The notes under the pieces are model-generated. The model was not told the origin of the DNA. It made no database searches and worked only from the letters and a program-made list of their open reading frames with translations. From contig DASRWC010000011.1 in assembly GCA_035654795.1 (NCBI GenBank), forward strand, positions 9,734 through 73,733: a DNA stretch of 64,000 bases, written 5' to 3'. Position numbers and translations under genes: made by a program. Source of the DNA: Flavobacteriaceae bacterium (GTDB lineage: Bacteria > Bacteroidota > Bacteroidia > Flavobacteriales > Flavobacteriaceae). Numbering within the stretch: position 1 is the first letter of the stretch; each line of letters starts with the position of its first letter. Shown piece after piece: positions 1-7,719 of this stretch.

Positions 1-1
1 T

Positions 2-760
2 TCGCTCAATGCGATTCGGTATGCCATGGAATATCTTAGGGAGGAATCTGTAAACTTCTTTATTCTTCATGTCATTCCTGATGATCAGTTGAACGGTTTT
101 TCCGGCAATACACCCTTTGAAGATCAGGTTCTGAGAAAACTCATCGCAGAAGGAATCGTTTTTAATAAAGATCATCGTTTTTTCCCTGTAAAGGAGACAG
201 CTTCATTAGTCGAGTCGGTTAGAAAGCAGGTTGATGATAAAAAAATAGATTTAATAGTGATGGGTACCAAGGGAATCACAAGATCTCCTGAAGGCTCCGT
301 GAGCAGTCATACCTATGAGGTTATTACCAAAGTGAAATGTCCCATCCTTGTTGTTCCGGAACACGCTGTTTTTAATGAGCAGTCGAATATTTCGTTTGTG
401 ACAGATTACAATTGTATTTATCGAAATGAAGTTTTGGACACATTGTCAAAAACCTTAAAGTTACACAATAGCTCTTTGAGGGTTTTAAAGCCACGAGTCA
501 AGAATAGACCTTTGACGGCGGGGCAAATCGATAATAAGGGATTCATTCATTATTTCTTCAGAGACAGAGATCATAGTTTTCATTTTTTAGAAAAAGAGAA
601 TCTCGAAGAAGGTATTCAAGATTTCGTGGATACCTACAAAATAAAGATGGTGGCTATTCCGGCAAGAAATTTAAATTTTATTCAGAAATTGATGCTAAGA
701 TTTTCTTCCGAGAAAATTAATTATCATACTGTTGTTCCTTTCCTTGTAATTCACGAGTAG
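2..760 (+). CDS. Universal stress protein family, two-domain; 5' end cut by window edge
   Basis: Reading frame is open from base 2 (SLNAIRYAMEYL), matching the S-x-NA-x-x-x-Y N-terminal motif of the three downstream paralogs. Contains IDLIVMGTKG and CPILVVPE motifs. Second, degenerate USP domain ends VVPFLVIHE. Confidence 0.85.
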   Translation, partial: SLNAIRYAMEYLREESVNFFILHVIPDDQLNGFSGNTPFEDQVLRKLIAEGIVFNKDHRFFPVKETASLVESVRKQVDDKKIDLIVMGTKGITRSPEGSVSSHTYEVITKVKCPILVVPEHAVFNEQSNISFVTDYNCIYRNEVLDTLSKTLKLHNSSLRVLKPRVKNRPLTAGQIDNKGFIHYFFRDRDHSFHFLEKENLEEGIQDFVDTYKIKMVAIPARNLNFIQKLMLRFSSEKINYHTVVPFLVIHE

Positions 761-986
761 CGCCAAATTCTTTCTCAATAGGATGATCTTCGTAGAAGTT
801 TTCGAAGGTTTTTTCAGTTTTGTAGTCATCTTTAAGGACTTGGAACACCGTGAACAGGAAAAGAACCTCTCCGGCCATTGTCATATAAAAAACGACATTG
901 AAAGGAAAATCCATAGAGGCGAAGAGGGCCACGATCAATAGGAGTATTGAAGTGATAATCACATAAGCAATGGGTGAGACTTTCAT
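717..986 (-). CDS. Small hypothetical membrane protein (about 2 TM helices)
   Basis: ATG at 984..986 (MKVSPIAYVIITSILLLIVALF..). Two hydrophobic helices followed by a charged tail. Its 3' end overlaps the convergent USP gene by 44 nt. No recognisable family. Confidence 0.4.
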   Translation of the reverse strand: MKVSPIAYVIITSILLLIVALFASMDFPFNVVFYMTMAGEVLFLFTVFQVLKDDYKTEKTFENFYEDHPIEKEFGATRELQGKEQQYDN

Positions 987-1054
987 AATCTTTTTTTTCA
1001 AATTACAAAAGATCCTTTTTCATCCTTCCCAAGAATTCCCTAAAGAATATTTTC

Positions 1055-1068
1055 CTGATGGTTGTCAG
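1055..1068 (+). promoter_or_regulatory. Crp/Fnr-like box CTGAT-GGTT-GTCAG upstream of the three-gene USP operon
   Basis: TGA-N6-TCA core. The centre (1061.5) is 29.5 nt before TATCTTTA at 1091. Confidence 0.4.
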
Positions 1069-1090
1069 TATTACAGTAATGTGAATTTCC

Positions 1091-1098
1091 TATCTTTA
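1091..1098 (+). promoter_or_regulatory. Candidate -7 box TATCTTTA (one mismatch to TAnnTTTG)
   Basis: Read directly. Lies 30 nt upstream of the ATG at 1128. Confidence 0.35.
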
Positions 1099-1127
1099 TC
1101 CATTATTGGCAGTAAAAGACAGGTTAA

Positions 1128-1973
1128 ATGCAAAAAATTTTAATTCCAACAGATTTATCACAAAATGCTCTCCGTGCCATTCATTATGCGACGGAATTGT
1201 TTAAACATGGCCCCACTCGCATTTTTCTGCTGCATGCTTATGCCGATGAGGTTTATGACCTGAAAAATCAAAGACAGGACCGTGAGTTTGATGAATTAAA
1301 GCGAGAAGTTTTTATTCGTACAGATTCTGCTCTTGAGATGTTAAAAAAGGAGATTTTTGTTCTGTCTCCCAATCCGAAACACAGCGTGCAGTGTCAGCCT
1401 GAATTTGGTATGTTGGTGGATGCAGTGAATGATTGGGTGGAAAAGGAGAATATTGATGTTGTGGTCATGGGCACTAAGGGGCAAACGGCAGACAAGAAAA
1501 TGACTTTTGGGAGTAACACCCTTCAGGTAATCAAATATGTCAAATGCCCGGTGCTTGCGGTACCTGAGGCGAGCAAACTTGAAAACCCGAAAAACATTGT
1601 TTTTGCCACTGATTTTCTTCTTCCTTATAAAAGAAGAGAATTGAAACTACTCTCGAATCTTGCCAAGCGCTTTGCTGCAAGAATTCATTTTCTTCATATC
1701 TCAAATTTCTCTCAGCTATCGTTACGGCAGCAGGATAATAAAGCTTTTTTAGAAGCTATGTTGAGTGAGAATCATCTTGCTTTTCATCAAACAGAAGAAA
1801 AGGATATCACTAAGGCCGTCAATAAATTTATTGAAGAGAAAGAAATGGATATGTTAGTAATGGTCAATACGCGCCATTCTTATTTAGAAAATATCTTATA
1901 TCAATCTACAATCGAAAAGATTGGATTAAATATTGAAATTCCATTTTTAGTTTTACAAAACTTGCCGCGTTAA
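1128..1973 (+). CDS. Universal stress protein family, two-domain
   Basis: ILIPTDLSQNALRAIHYA N-terminus. G-TK-G-x9-GS nucleotide-binding loop (MGTKGQTADKKMTFGSN). CPVLAVPE motif. C-terminal domain lacks the G-x2-G loop. Confidence 0.9.
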   Translation: MQKILIPTDLSQNALRAIHYATELFKHGPTRIFLLHAYADEVYDLKNQRQDREFDELKREVFIRTDSALEMLKKEIFVLSPNPKHSVQCQPEFGMLVDAVNDWVEKENIDVVVMGTKGQTADKKMTFGSNTLQVIKYVKCPVLAVPEASKLENPKNIVFATDFLLPYKRRELKLLSNLAKRFAARIHFLHISNFSQLSLRQQDNKAFLEAMLSENHLAFHQTEEKDITKAVNKFIEEKEMDMLVMVNTRHSYLENILYQSTIEKIGLNIEIPFLVLQNLPR

Positions 1974-1977
1974 TTAT

Positions 1978-2829
1978 ATGAAAAGAATTTTAGTACCTAC
2001 AGATTTTTCAGGCAATGCTTATTCTGCCTTACTCTATGCTTGTAAACTTTATTCGAAAGAAAATGTTCATTTTGCCATTCTCCATTCTTTTGAAGCAGAG
2101 CTTAGTCAATTGACCAGTAGGGTAGATGTAGGACGATCTGATGAAATGTTAAAAACACTCACAGACAATGCTGAGCAAGACGGCCAGCGCTTACTGGATC
2201 AATTAAATGTTGATAAAGGACCAAGTAATCATACGTATGAAGTGATTGCAACACCGCAACCTCTACTGAAGATTATCAATGAAATGATATCCGAAGATGT
2301 TGTAGACTTAGTGGTTGTCGGTAGTAAGGGAAGAACCGGAGCTGAGGGTGTCTTGATAGGAAGTACTGCTATAAATGTTACTGAGGGCATTGAAGGCTGT
2401 CCTTTATTGATTGTACCAAATGATGTTCATTTCGTAATTCCCCGAAAAATCGCCTTTGCTTCAGATTTTAATGATTTTTATCCCATTTCTACCATTAAGG
2501 CTATTACTAGGCTGGTGAGACATTTTGGTTCCGAAATTTATTTAGCTCACGTCGGTTCCGAAAATGAATTGGAAGCTCATCAGCGTGAGAATATGGAGAA
2601 GTATGAAAACGATTTGTCTGAATATGAGCACTACTTCAGGTTCCTTGAGAGGAAAGGAAATATCTCCGGGACATTGCATGACTTTGCCGACGATGAAAGT
2701 ATTGATCTCTTCTCTCTGGTATATCACAAGCATGCATTTTTGAAAAAAATATTCAGAGAACCTGTTGTAAATAGGGTAGGAAGACATACAAACATCCCGA
2801 CACTTGTAATACCATTTCCAAATAAATAA
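1978..2829 (+). CDS. Universal stress protein family, two-domain
   Basis: ILVPTDFSGNAYSALLYA N-terminus, VGSKGRTGAEGVLIGST loop. Starts 4 nt after the previous paralog. Confidence 0.9.
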   Translation: MKRILVPTDFSGNAYSALLYACKLYSKENVHFAILHSFEAELSQLTSRVDVGRSDEMLKTLTDNAEQDGQRLLDQLNVDKGPSNHTYEVIATPQPLLKIINEMISEDVVDLVVVGSKGRTGAEGVLIGSTAINVTEGIEGCPLLIVPNDVHFVIPRKIAFASDFNDFYPISTIKAITRLVRHFGSEIYLAHVGSENELEAHQRENMEKYENDLSEYEHYFRFLERKGNISGTLHDFADDESIDLFSLVYHKHAFLKKIFREPVVNRVGRHTNIPTLVIPFPNK

Positions 2830-2839
2830 ATCCACTTCA

Positions 2840-3691
2840 ATGTCCTATAAAGTTCTAATTCCCACCGATTTTTCAAAGAATGCATTTAATGCCATTCAAT
2901 ATGCTTTTTCGCTATTTAAAGAAAGATCGTGTGAGATCCTGCTGGTGCATTCTTATTACCTATCCGGACTTGACAAAGGAAATCTTTTGGTTCCGGAGCC
3001 TTCTGATGAAGAACGAAAACGAGTGGAGCAAACAGCTGCCAGACAGATGGATGAGCTGCGAGGAACCTTGGAAGAGACGCATTCAAACCATAAACATACA
3101 CTAAGATTTTTGACTGTTTTCGGACCCTTCTATAAAGTGATGGAAGAGACTGTTGAAAAAGAGAACATCGATCTGGTTATAATGGGTACTAAGGGAAGAA
3201 GTAATAAAAATTCGGTTATTTTAGGAAGTAATGCCGTGAATGTTATGGAGAAAGTGCGATTTTGTCCGGTTATGGCTATTCCATCCGATGCAGAATTTAA
3301 AAAACCCAATGAAATCGTTTTCCCTACCAGTTTCCGAAGCCAATATCGAGAGCATGAGCTTGAAGTTCTTGTGGATTTAGCCTCTTTATTAAATGCACCC
3401 ATTCGAATACTGCACATCACCAATGATGACACCCTTACTGAACGACAAGAAGAAAATAAGCAATATCTTGAGTCTATCCTCCTACCTGCCACTTTTACAC
3501 ATCACCGATTATACAACATGAGAGTGAATGATGGAGTACGCACTTTTATTCAGAGTCGAGAGAGTGAAATGATAGCTTTTGTGAATAAGAGACACAACTT
3601 TTTTGGAAGTATCTTCTCCAATCCTATGGTAAAAGAATTAGGAACGCATACAGAAGTTCCTATACTTGCCATGCATGACAAACGCGATTAA
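2840..3691 (+). CDS. Universal stress protein family, two-domain
   Basis: VLIPTDFSKNAFNAIQYA N-terminus, MGTKGRSNKNSVILGSN loop. Starts 10 nt after the previous paralog and is followed by a strong hairpin. Confidence 0.9.
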   Translation: MSYKVLIPTDFSKNAFNAIQYAFSLFKERSCEILLVHSYYLSGLDKGNLLVPEPSDEERKRVEQTAARQMDELRGTLEETHSNHKHTLRFLTVFGPFYKVMEETVEKENIDLVIMGTKGRSNKNSVILGSNAVNVMEKVRFCPVMAIPSDAEFKKPNEIVFPTSFRSQYREHELEVLVDLASLLNAPIRILHITNDDTLTERQEENKQYLESILLPATFTHHRLYNMRVNDGVRTFIQSRESEMIAFVNKRHNFFGSIFSNPMVKELGTHTEVPILAMHDKRD

Positions 3692-3700
3692 ACGCTAAAC

Positions 3701-3737
3701 AAAAAAAACCGCTCATCCCGAGGATAGAGCGGTTTTT
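3701..3737. terminator. Bidirectional intrinsic terminator between the USP operon and the convergent lipoprotein gene
   Basis: A-tract (3701-3708), stem CCGCTC (3709-3714) / GAGCGG (3727-3732) with inner ATCC/GGAT pairing, then a T-tract (3733-3737). Confidence 0.8.
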
Positions 3738-3752
3738 CAGGTCATCTATATT

Positions 3753-4262
3753 TTACTTAAAATAGTCGTAAAAGCGAGTCAGTCGTTCTTCAATATCATT
3801 TACTAGAATTTGTCCTTCATTAGCAGACTCTACTTTGGAGAGGCTTTCAATTTTTTCTATTAATGGATGAAGCCAAATGTGCAGGTTGTCATGTGATGCA
3901 CCTTCCATAGTACATTCTTTGACAATGTAATTTTTATCTTCATTAAGTTTTTCTGCAAGTGCCTTATAGCTTTCAGTACCGGAAAGTTCAGTGGTATGGA
4001 TGTTTTTTCGCATCCTCTCTACACCGGTGATGGTTTCGGGATTGGCCATCCAAAGTTTTCCTTCGTCTAATTTTATTTCGTTTAACCAAGAATTTTCTAA
4101 ATCACCGGTTTTGTTGTGATGGCTTTCGGCATCAGACAGATGATCGCGATCTTCCTCAAGCATTTCCTGAGTGGCAGAATCCGGAGAGGAATCGGTATTG
4201 TTTTTACAGCCAAAAAATGTAAGAAAACCTGAAACAGTAAGTAAGAGTAGCGTTTTTTTCAT
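3753..4262 (-). CDS. Hypothetical lipoprotein, acidic and His-rich N-terminal region
   Basis: Internal ATG at 4260..4262 gives MKKTLLLLTVSGFLTFFGC|KNN (lipobox). I prefer it to the ORF-track start at 4397. Mature protein contains DRDHLSDAESHHNK and HDNLHIWLHP. No family recognised. Confidence 0.6.
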   Translation of the reverse strand: MKKTLLLLTVSGFLTFFGCKNNTDSSPDSATQEMLEEDRDHLSDAESHHNKTGDLENSWLNEIKLDEGKLWMANPETITGVERMRKNIHTTELSGTESYKALAEKLNEDKNYIVKECTMEGASHDNLHIWLHPLIEKIESLSKVESANEGQILVNDIEERLTRFYDYFK

Positions 4263-4344
4263 ATGGAAAAAGAATTTGAAATTGAGTGGATAAAAGTAAG
4301 CAATTTTTCTAAGGTTTAGATTATGATTTCTATCGGCTGTTTTA

Positions 4345-4358
4345 ATGATAATTATCAG
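4345..4358. promoter_or_regulatory. Crp/Fnr-like palindrome ATGAT-AATT-ATCAG (perfect 12-bp core TGATAATTATCA)
   Basis: Read directly. Lies in the divergent region between the lipoprotein gene (start 4262) and the nos operon. Confidence 0.35.
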
Positions 4359-4383
4359 TTTTAGTGGTGACATTTTACGACTT

Positions 4384-4397
4384 ATGACAATAATCAT
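4384..4397. promoter_or_regulatory. Crp/Fnr-like imperfect palindrome ATGAC-AATA-ATCAT
   Basis: Read directly. One mismatch to the TGAT-N4-ATCA core. Confidence 0.25.
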
Positions 4398-4498
4398 TAT
4401 TTTTTATTCTGGATCTCTCTTTCTTTGTCTTAAAAATTTAGTAGGTCGCTAGTATATACCAAAATGAATTTTCAATAAAGGACTAATAGATCTTAAAT

Positions 4499-4512
4499 AT
4501 GATTAAAATCAT
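4499..4512 (+). promoter_or_regulatory. Crp/Fnr-type box ATGAT-TAAA-ATCAT upstream of the nos operon
   Basis: Perfect inverted half-sites with a TGA-N6-TCA core. The centre (4505.5) is 29.5 nt before the -7 box at 4535. Confidence 0.55.
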
Positions 4513-4534
4513 TTCACAGCCACAAAGAGCAATC

Positions 4535-4542
4535 TATTTTTG
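4535..4542 (+). promoter_or_regulatory. Bacteroidota-type -7 promoter box TATTTTTG for the nos operon
   Basis: Matches TAnnTTTG. Lies 28 nt upstream of the cytochrome c ATG at 4570. Confidence 0.5.
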
Positions 4543-4569
4543 CTCAGAATTTTAAAACCAAATACTACC

Positions 4570-5073
4570 ATGAAACATGTAATGAAAACTTTAGCTGCAG
4601 TGGCGATTTTGACCCTTGTAAGCTGCGGCGGAAAAGAAGAAAAGAAAGAGGAAAAAGTAACTCTTCGTTCTACAACAACTGAAACTGTAACTGAGGCGGC
4701 TCCGGCTACCTCTGATGTTAAACCTTCAGAGCGTGTTGATATGTCAACCAAAGGCGTGGGGCCTGTAAAAAGTGTAACCATAGGTGAGACTATCGATCAA
4801 GCTATGGCTGCAAAAGGGGAAGAATTGTATAAAACAAATTGCCTTGCCTGTCATAAGACTGACAAAAAATTTATTGGTCCGGCACCAAAAGGAATTCTTG
4901 ATAGACGTACTCCGGAGTGGGTTATGAATATGATTCTTGATCCGGAAGGAATGGTTAAAAACGATCCGTTAGCAAAAGAATTGCTTGTTGAATTTAACGG
5001 TTCTCCAATGGCTAATCAAGGCCTAACTCAGGACGAGGCTCGTCAGATTGTCGAGTATTTCAGAACGCTCTAA
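4570..5073 (+). CDS. Monohaem c-type cytochrome lipoprotein (NosC-like electron donor of clade II nos clusters)
   Basis: MKHVMKTLAAVAILTLVSC|GG lipobox. Single CLACH haem motif and a distal NGSPMANQG Met candidate. First gene of the nos operon. Confidence 0.85.
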   Translation: MKHVMKTLAAVAILTLVSCGGKEEKKEEKVTLRSTTTETVTEAAPATSDVKPSERVDMSTKGVGPVKSVTIGETIDQAMAAKGEELYKTNCLACHKTDKKFIGPAPKGILDRRTPEWVMNMILDPEGMVKNDPLAKELLVEFNGSPMANQGLTQDEARQIVEYFRTL

Positions 5074-5147
5074 TAGTAGGAACATTTAACTCAATATAAA
5101 CCTACTCCCAGGGAAAGTTTCCGGCGGGGTTCAAACAACAACCAACT

Positions 5148-5714
5148 ATGAAGTCAATTAATGTGCTTTTGGTTTCTGCAGCCATAACGGTCATGGCTTG
5201 CAAGAACGACTCACACGAGCAACCCGAAACAAGTGGAACAAAAACAACGACCGAGAATGCAACTGTCAAAAAAGGACAAGCGTTCATTGACAATGATCAG
5301 TCTCAGGCCAGTGTGCTTCAGATTGCGCTGAATTCTAAAGATCACACCACCTTGGTAGCCGCAGTGCAGGCTGCCGATTTGGAAAATTCTTTATCCAATG
5401 CAGGTCCATTAACGGTTTTTGCTCCTACCAACGCTGCTTTTGATGCATTGCCTGCAGGAACTGTGGAGGATCTTTTAAAACCTGAGAACAAGGAAAAATT
5501 AGCTTTCATTTTAAAGCATCACGTGACTCCCGGGAATTACGCCAAAGACTTTATGAAAAAGTTCAAAAAAGTGGGTCAAGCGAGCGGAGAAAACGCACCG
5601 GTACTTGTTGAAGGAGATGATGTATTGGTAGGAGGCGCGAGAATCGTAGCGAGTATCCCTGCCGGAAACGGAATCGTTCACGTTGTGGACAAAGTAATAT
5701 TACCTGAAAACTAA
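5148..5714 (+). CDS. Fasciclin (FAS1) domain lipoprotein
   Basis: Lipobox ITVMAC|KND. FAS1 signatures LTVFAPTNAAFDALP, LKHHV and NGIVHVVDKVILP. Confidence 0.85.
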   Translation: MKSINVLLVSAAITVMACKNDSHEQPETSGTKTTTENATVKKGQAFIDNDQSQASVLQIALNSKDHTTLVAAVQAADLENSLSNAGPLTVFAPTNAAFDALPAGTVEDLLKPENKEKLAFILKHHVTPGNYAKDFMKKFKKVGQASGENAPVLVEGDDVLVGGARIVASIPAGNGIVHVVDKVILPEN

Positions 5715-5738
5715 CATATAATTAAAAACGATTGAACA

Positions 5739-7700
5739 ATGAAAAAAACCATTCATTATTTATTTTCTCTTGTTATAGTCGCCGGATTGGTGAGCTGTAA
5801 TAATGGAGACAAAAAGAAACGCGGAGGCGGCGGATTAGCCACCAGTGCTGCTGAGCGCGTGTATGTAGCCCCGGGAGAGCACGATGAATTCTACGGATTT
5901 ATGTCAGGAGGATTTAGTGGTCAACTGGGAGTTTACGGACTTCCATCAGGGAGATTGTTAAAAGTGCTTCCGGTATTTTCTCAAAACCCTGAAAACGGTT
6001 GGGGATATACAGAAGAAACTAAGCCAATGCTTAATACTTCTTTCGGATTTGTGCCTTGGGATGACTCTCACCACCCTGATATCTCCCAGACAAATGGTGT
6101 ACTTGATGGACGATGGATTTTCATCAACGGAAACAACACCCCACGTATCGCCAGATTGAGTCTTGAAAGCTTTAGAACCGAAGAAATTATTGAGATTCCT
6201 AACTCTGCCGGTAACCACAGCTCCTCATTCATTACTGAAAATACAGAATATGTGGTAGCCGGTACTCGTTTCTCTGTTCCCGTTCCTCAGAAAGATATGT
6301 CTATTAAAGAGTATAAAGGAAACTTTAAAGGAGCTCTTACCTTTATCGCGGTTGACCAAGAAACCGGAAGAATGAATATTAAATTCCAGCTAATGATGCC
6401 CGGATTTAACTATGACCTTTCTCACCCCGGACGCGACAAGAGCCACGGCTGGTTCTTCTTTACAACCTATAACACTGAGGAAGCTCATACACTTCTTGAA
6501 GTAAACGCTTCTCAAAACGATAAAGACTATATCGCAGCTGTTAACTGGAAGAAAATTGAAGAGTACGTGAACAACGGTGGAGGAACAAAAACCAAAACCC
6601 GTTATGCACATAACGTAATGGATGCAAGTACCCATATGGCTACTTCTACAATTAAAGAAGAAGTTTTACAAGTAGATCCGCTTGAAGTACCGGGAGCTGT
6701 ATATTTCCTTCCAACTCCAAAGTCACCACACGGTTGTGACGTGGACCCAACAGGAGAATATATTATAGGAAACGGAAAACTTTCTGCTGACTTGACTGTT
6801 CACAGCTTCAGCAAAATGATTGATGCTATTGAAAACAAGAAGTTTGATGGAGAAGCCTACGGAATTCCAATTCTAAAGTTTGACGAGATTGTTGCAGGTG
6901 TTGTAAAACAACCCGGTCTTGGTCCACTCCACACAGAGTTTGATGACAAAGGAAACGCTTATACCACTTTCTTTATCTCTTCTGAAGTTGTAAAATGGAA
7001 AGTTGGAAGCTGGGAAGTATTAGACCGTCAGCCTGTTTATTACTCAGTAGGTCACGGAATGATTCCGGGAGGAAACTCACGCAAGCCATTCGGAAAATAT
7101 TTTGTAGCGCTTAACAAGATTACAAAAGACAGATATTTGCCTACAGGACCTGAGTTAACCCAGTCTGCGCAGTTATTTGACATTAGCGGAGAGAAAATGG
7201 AGTTACTGTTAGATTTCCCAACTATTGGAGAGCCTCACTACGCAGCCGGTATCCCTGCTGAACTTGTAGCACCAAAATCCAGACAGATTTATAGACTTAA
7301 TGAGAATAAACACCCATATGCAACATTGTCTGATGCTGATGCACGCGTTGAGAGAAAAGGAAATGAAGTTCATGTCTATATGGGAATGATTCGAAGCCAC
7401 TTTAATCCGGATAATATTGAAGGAATTAAAGTAGGAGATAAAGTTTACTTCCACGTGACAAACCACGAGCAAGACTTTGACGTACCTCACGGATTTGCAG
7501 TAATTGGAGCCAACAATGCCGAGATGCTGATTATGCCGGGTGCTACTGAAACATTGTTGTGGGAACCAAAAGAAGTTGGGGTATGGCCATTCTATTGTAC
7601 CGATTTCTGTTCTGCGCTTCACCAGGAAATGCAAGGATATATTCGAGTGAGCCCTGCAGATTCTAACATCCAGTTATCTTGGAGCTTAGGAGAAGATTAG
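5739..7700 (+). CDS. nosZ: Nitrous-oxide reductase, clade II (Sec-dependent, lipoprotein type)
   Basis: 653 aa. Signal peptide with lipobox GLVSC|NN and no twin-arginine motif. CuZ His ligand candidates: DSHHP, GNHSS, SPHGCDV, GPLHTEF, SVGHG, GEPHYA. C-terminal CuA motif C-TDF-C-SAL-H-QE-M (7596..7631). Confidence 0.97.
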   Translation: MKKTIHYLFSLVIVAGLVSCNNGDKKKRGGGGLATSAAERVYVAPGEHDEFYGFMSGGFSGQLGVYGLPSGRLLKVLPVFSQNPENGWGYTEETKPMLNTSFGFVPWDDSHHPDISQTNGVLDGRWIFINGNNTPRIARLSLESFRTEEIIEIPNSAGNHSSSFITENTEYVVAGTRFSVPVPQKDMSIKEYKGNFKGALTFIAVDQETGRMNIKFQLMMPGFNYDLSHPGRDKSHGWFFFTTYNTEEAHTLLEVNASQNDKDYIAAVNWKKIEEYVNNGGGTKTKTRYAHNVMDASTHMATSTIKEEVLQVDPLEVPGAVYFLPTPKSPHGCDVDPTGEYIIGNGKLSADLTVHSFSKMIDAIENKKFDGEAYGIPILKFDEIVAGVVKQPGLGPLHTEFDDKGNAYTTFFISSEVVKWKVGSWEVLDRQPVYYSVGHGMIPGGNSRKPFGKYFVALNKITKDRYLPTGPELTQSAQLFDISGEKMELLLDFPTIGEPHYAAGIPAELVAPKSRQIYRLNENKHPYATLSDADARVERKGNEVHVYMGMIRSHFNPDNIEGIKVGDKVYFHVTNHEQDFDVPHGFAVIGANNAEMLIMPGATETLLWEPKEVGVWPFYCTDFCSALHQEMQGYIRVSPADSNIQLSWSLGED

Positions 7701-7719
7701 TAAGTTAGTTTTTGGTTGT

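Noticed and set aside
1070-1080. 11-bp palindrome ATTACAGTAAT just after the USP operon box.
   Set aside because: Short, AT-rich and without a second occurrence at the other promoters. It is probably chance or part of the promoter spacer.
2542-3492. Minus-strand and alternative-frame ORFs within USP genes 3 and 4 (2542-2835, 2880-3104, 2916-3101, 3130-3492).
   Set aside because: They overlap clear USP coding frames with conserved family motifs. They have none themselves.
3753-4397. Long N-terminal extensions offered by the ORF track for several genes (starts at 4397, 4540, 7872, 12915, 19214, 22148, 46628).
   Set aside because: In each case an internal ATG directly precedes a signal peptide, lipobox or conserved N-terminus. 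The extension is non-conserved-looking, uses TTG, or would overlap a neighbouring gene.
5112-5122. Palindrome GGAAAGTTTCC in the spacer between the cytochrome c and FAS1 genes.
   Set aside because: It occurs only once and is too short to distinguish from chance. It cannot form a hairpin (1-nt loop).
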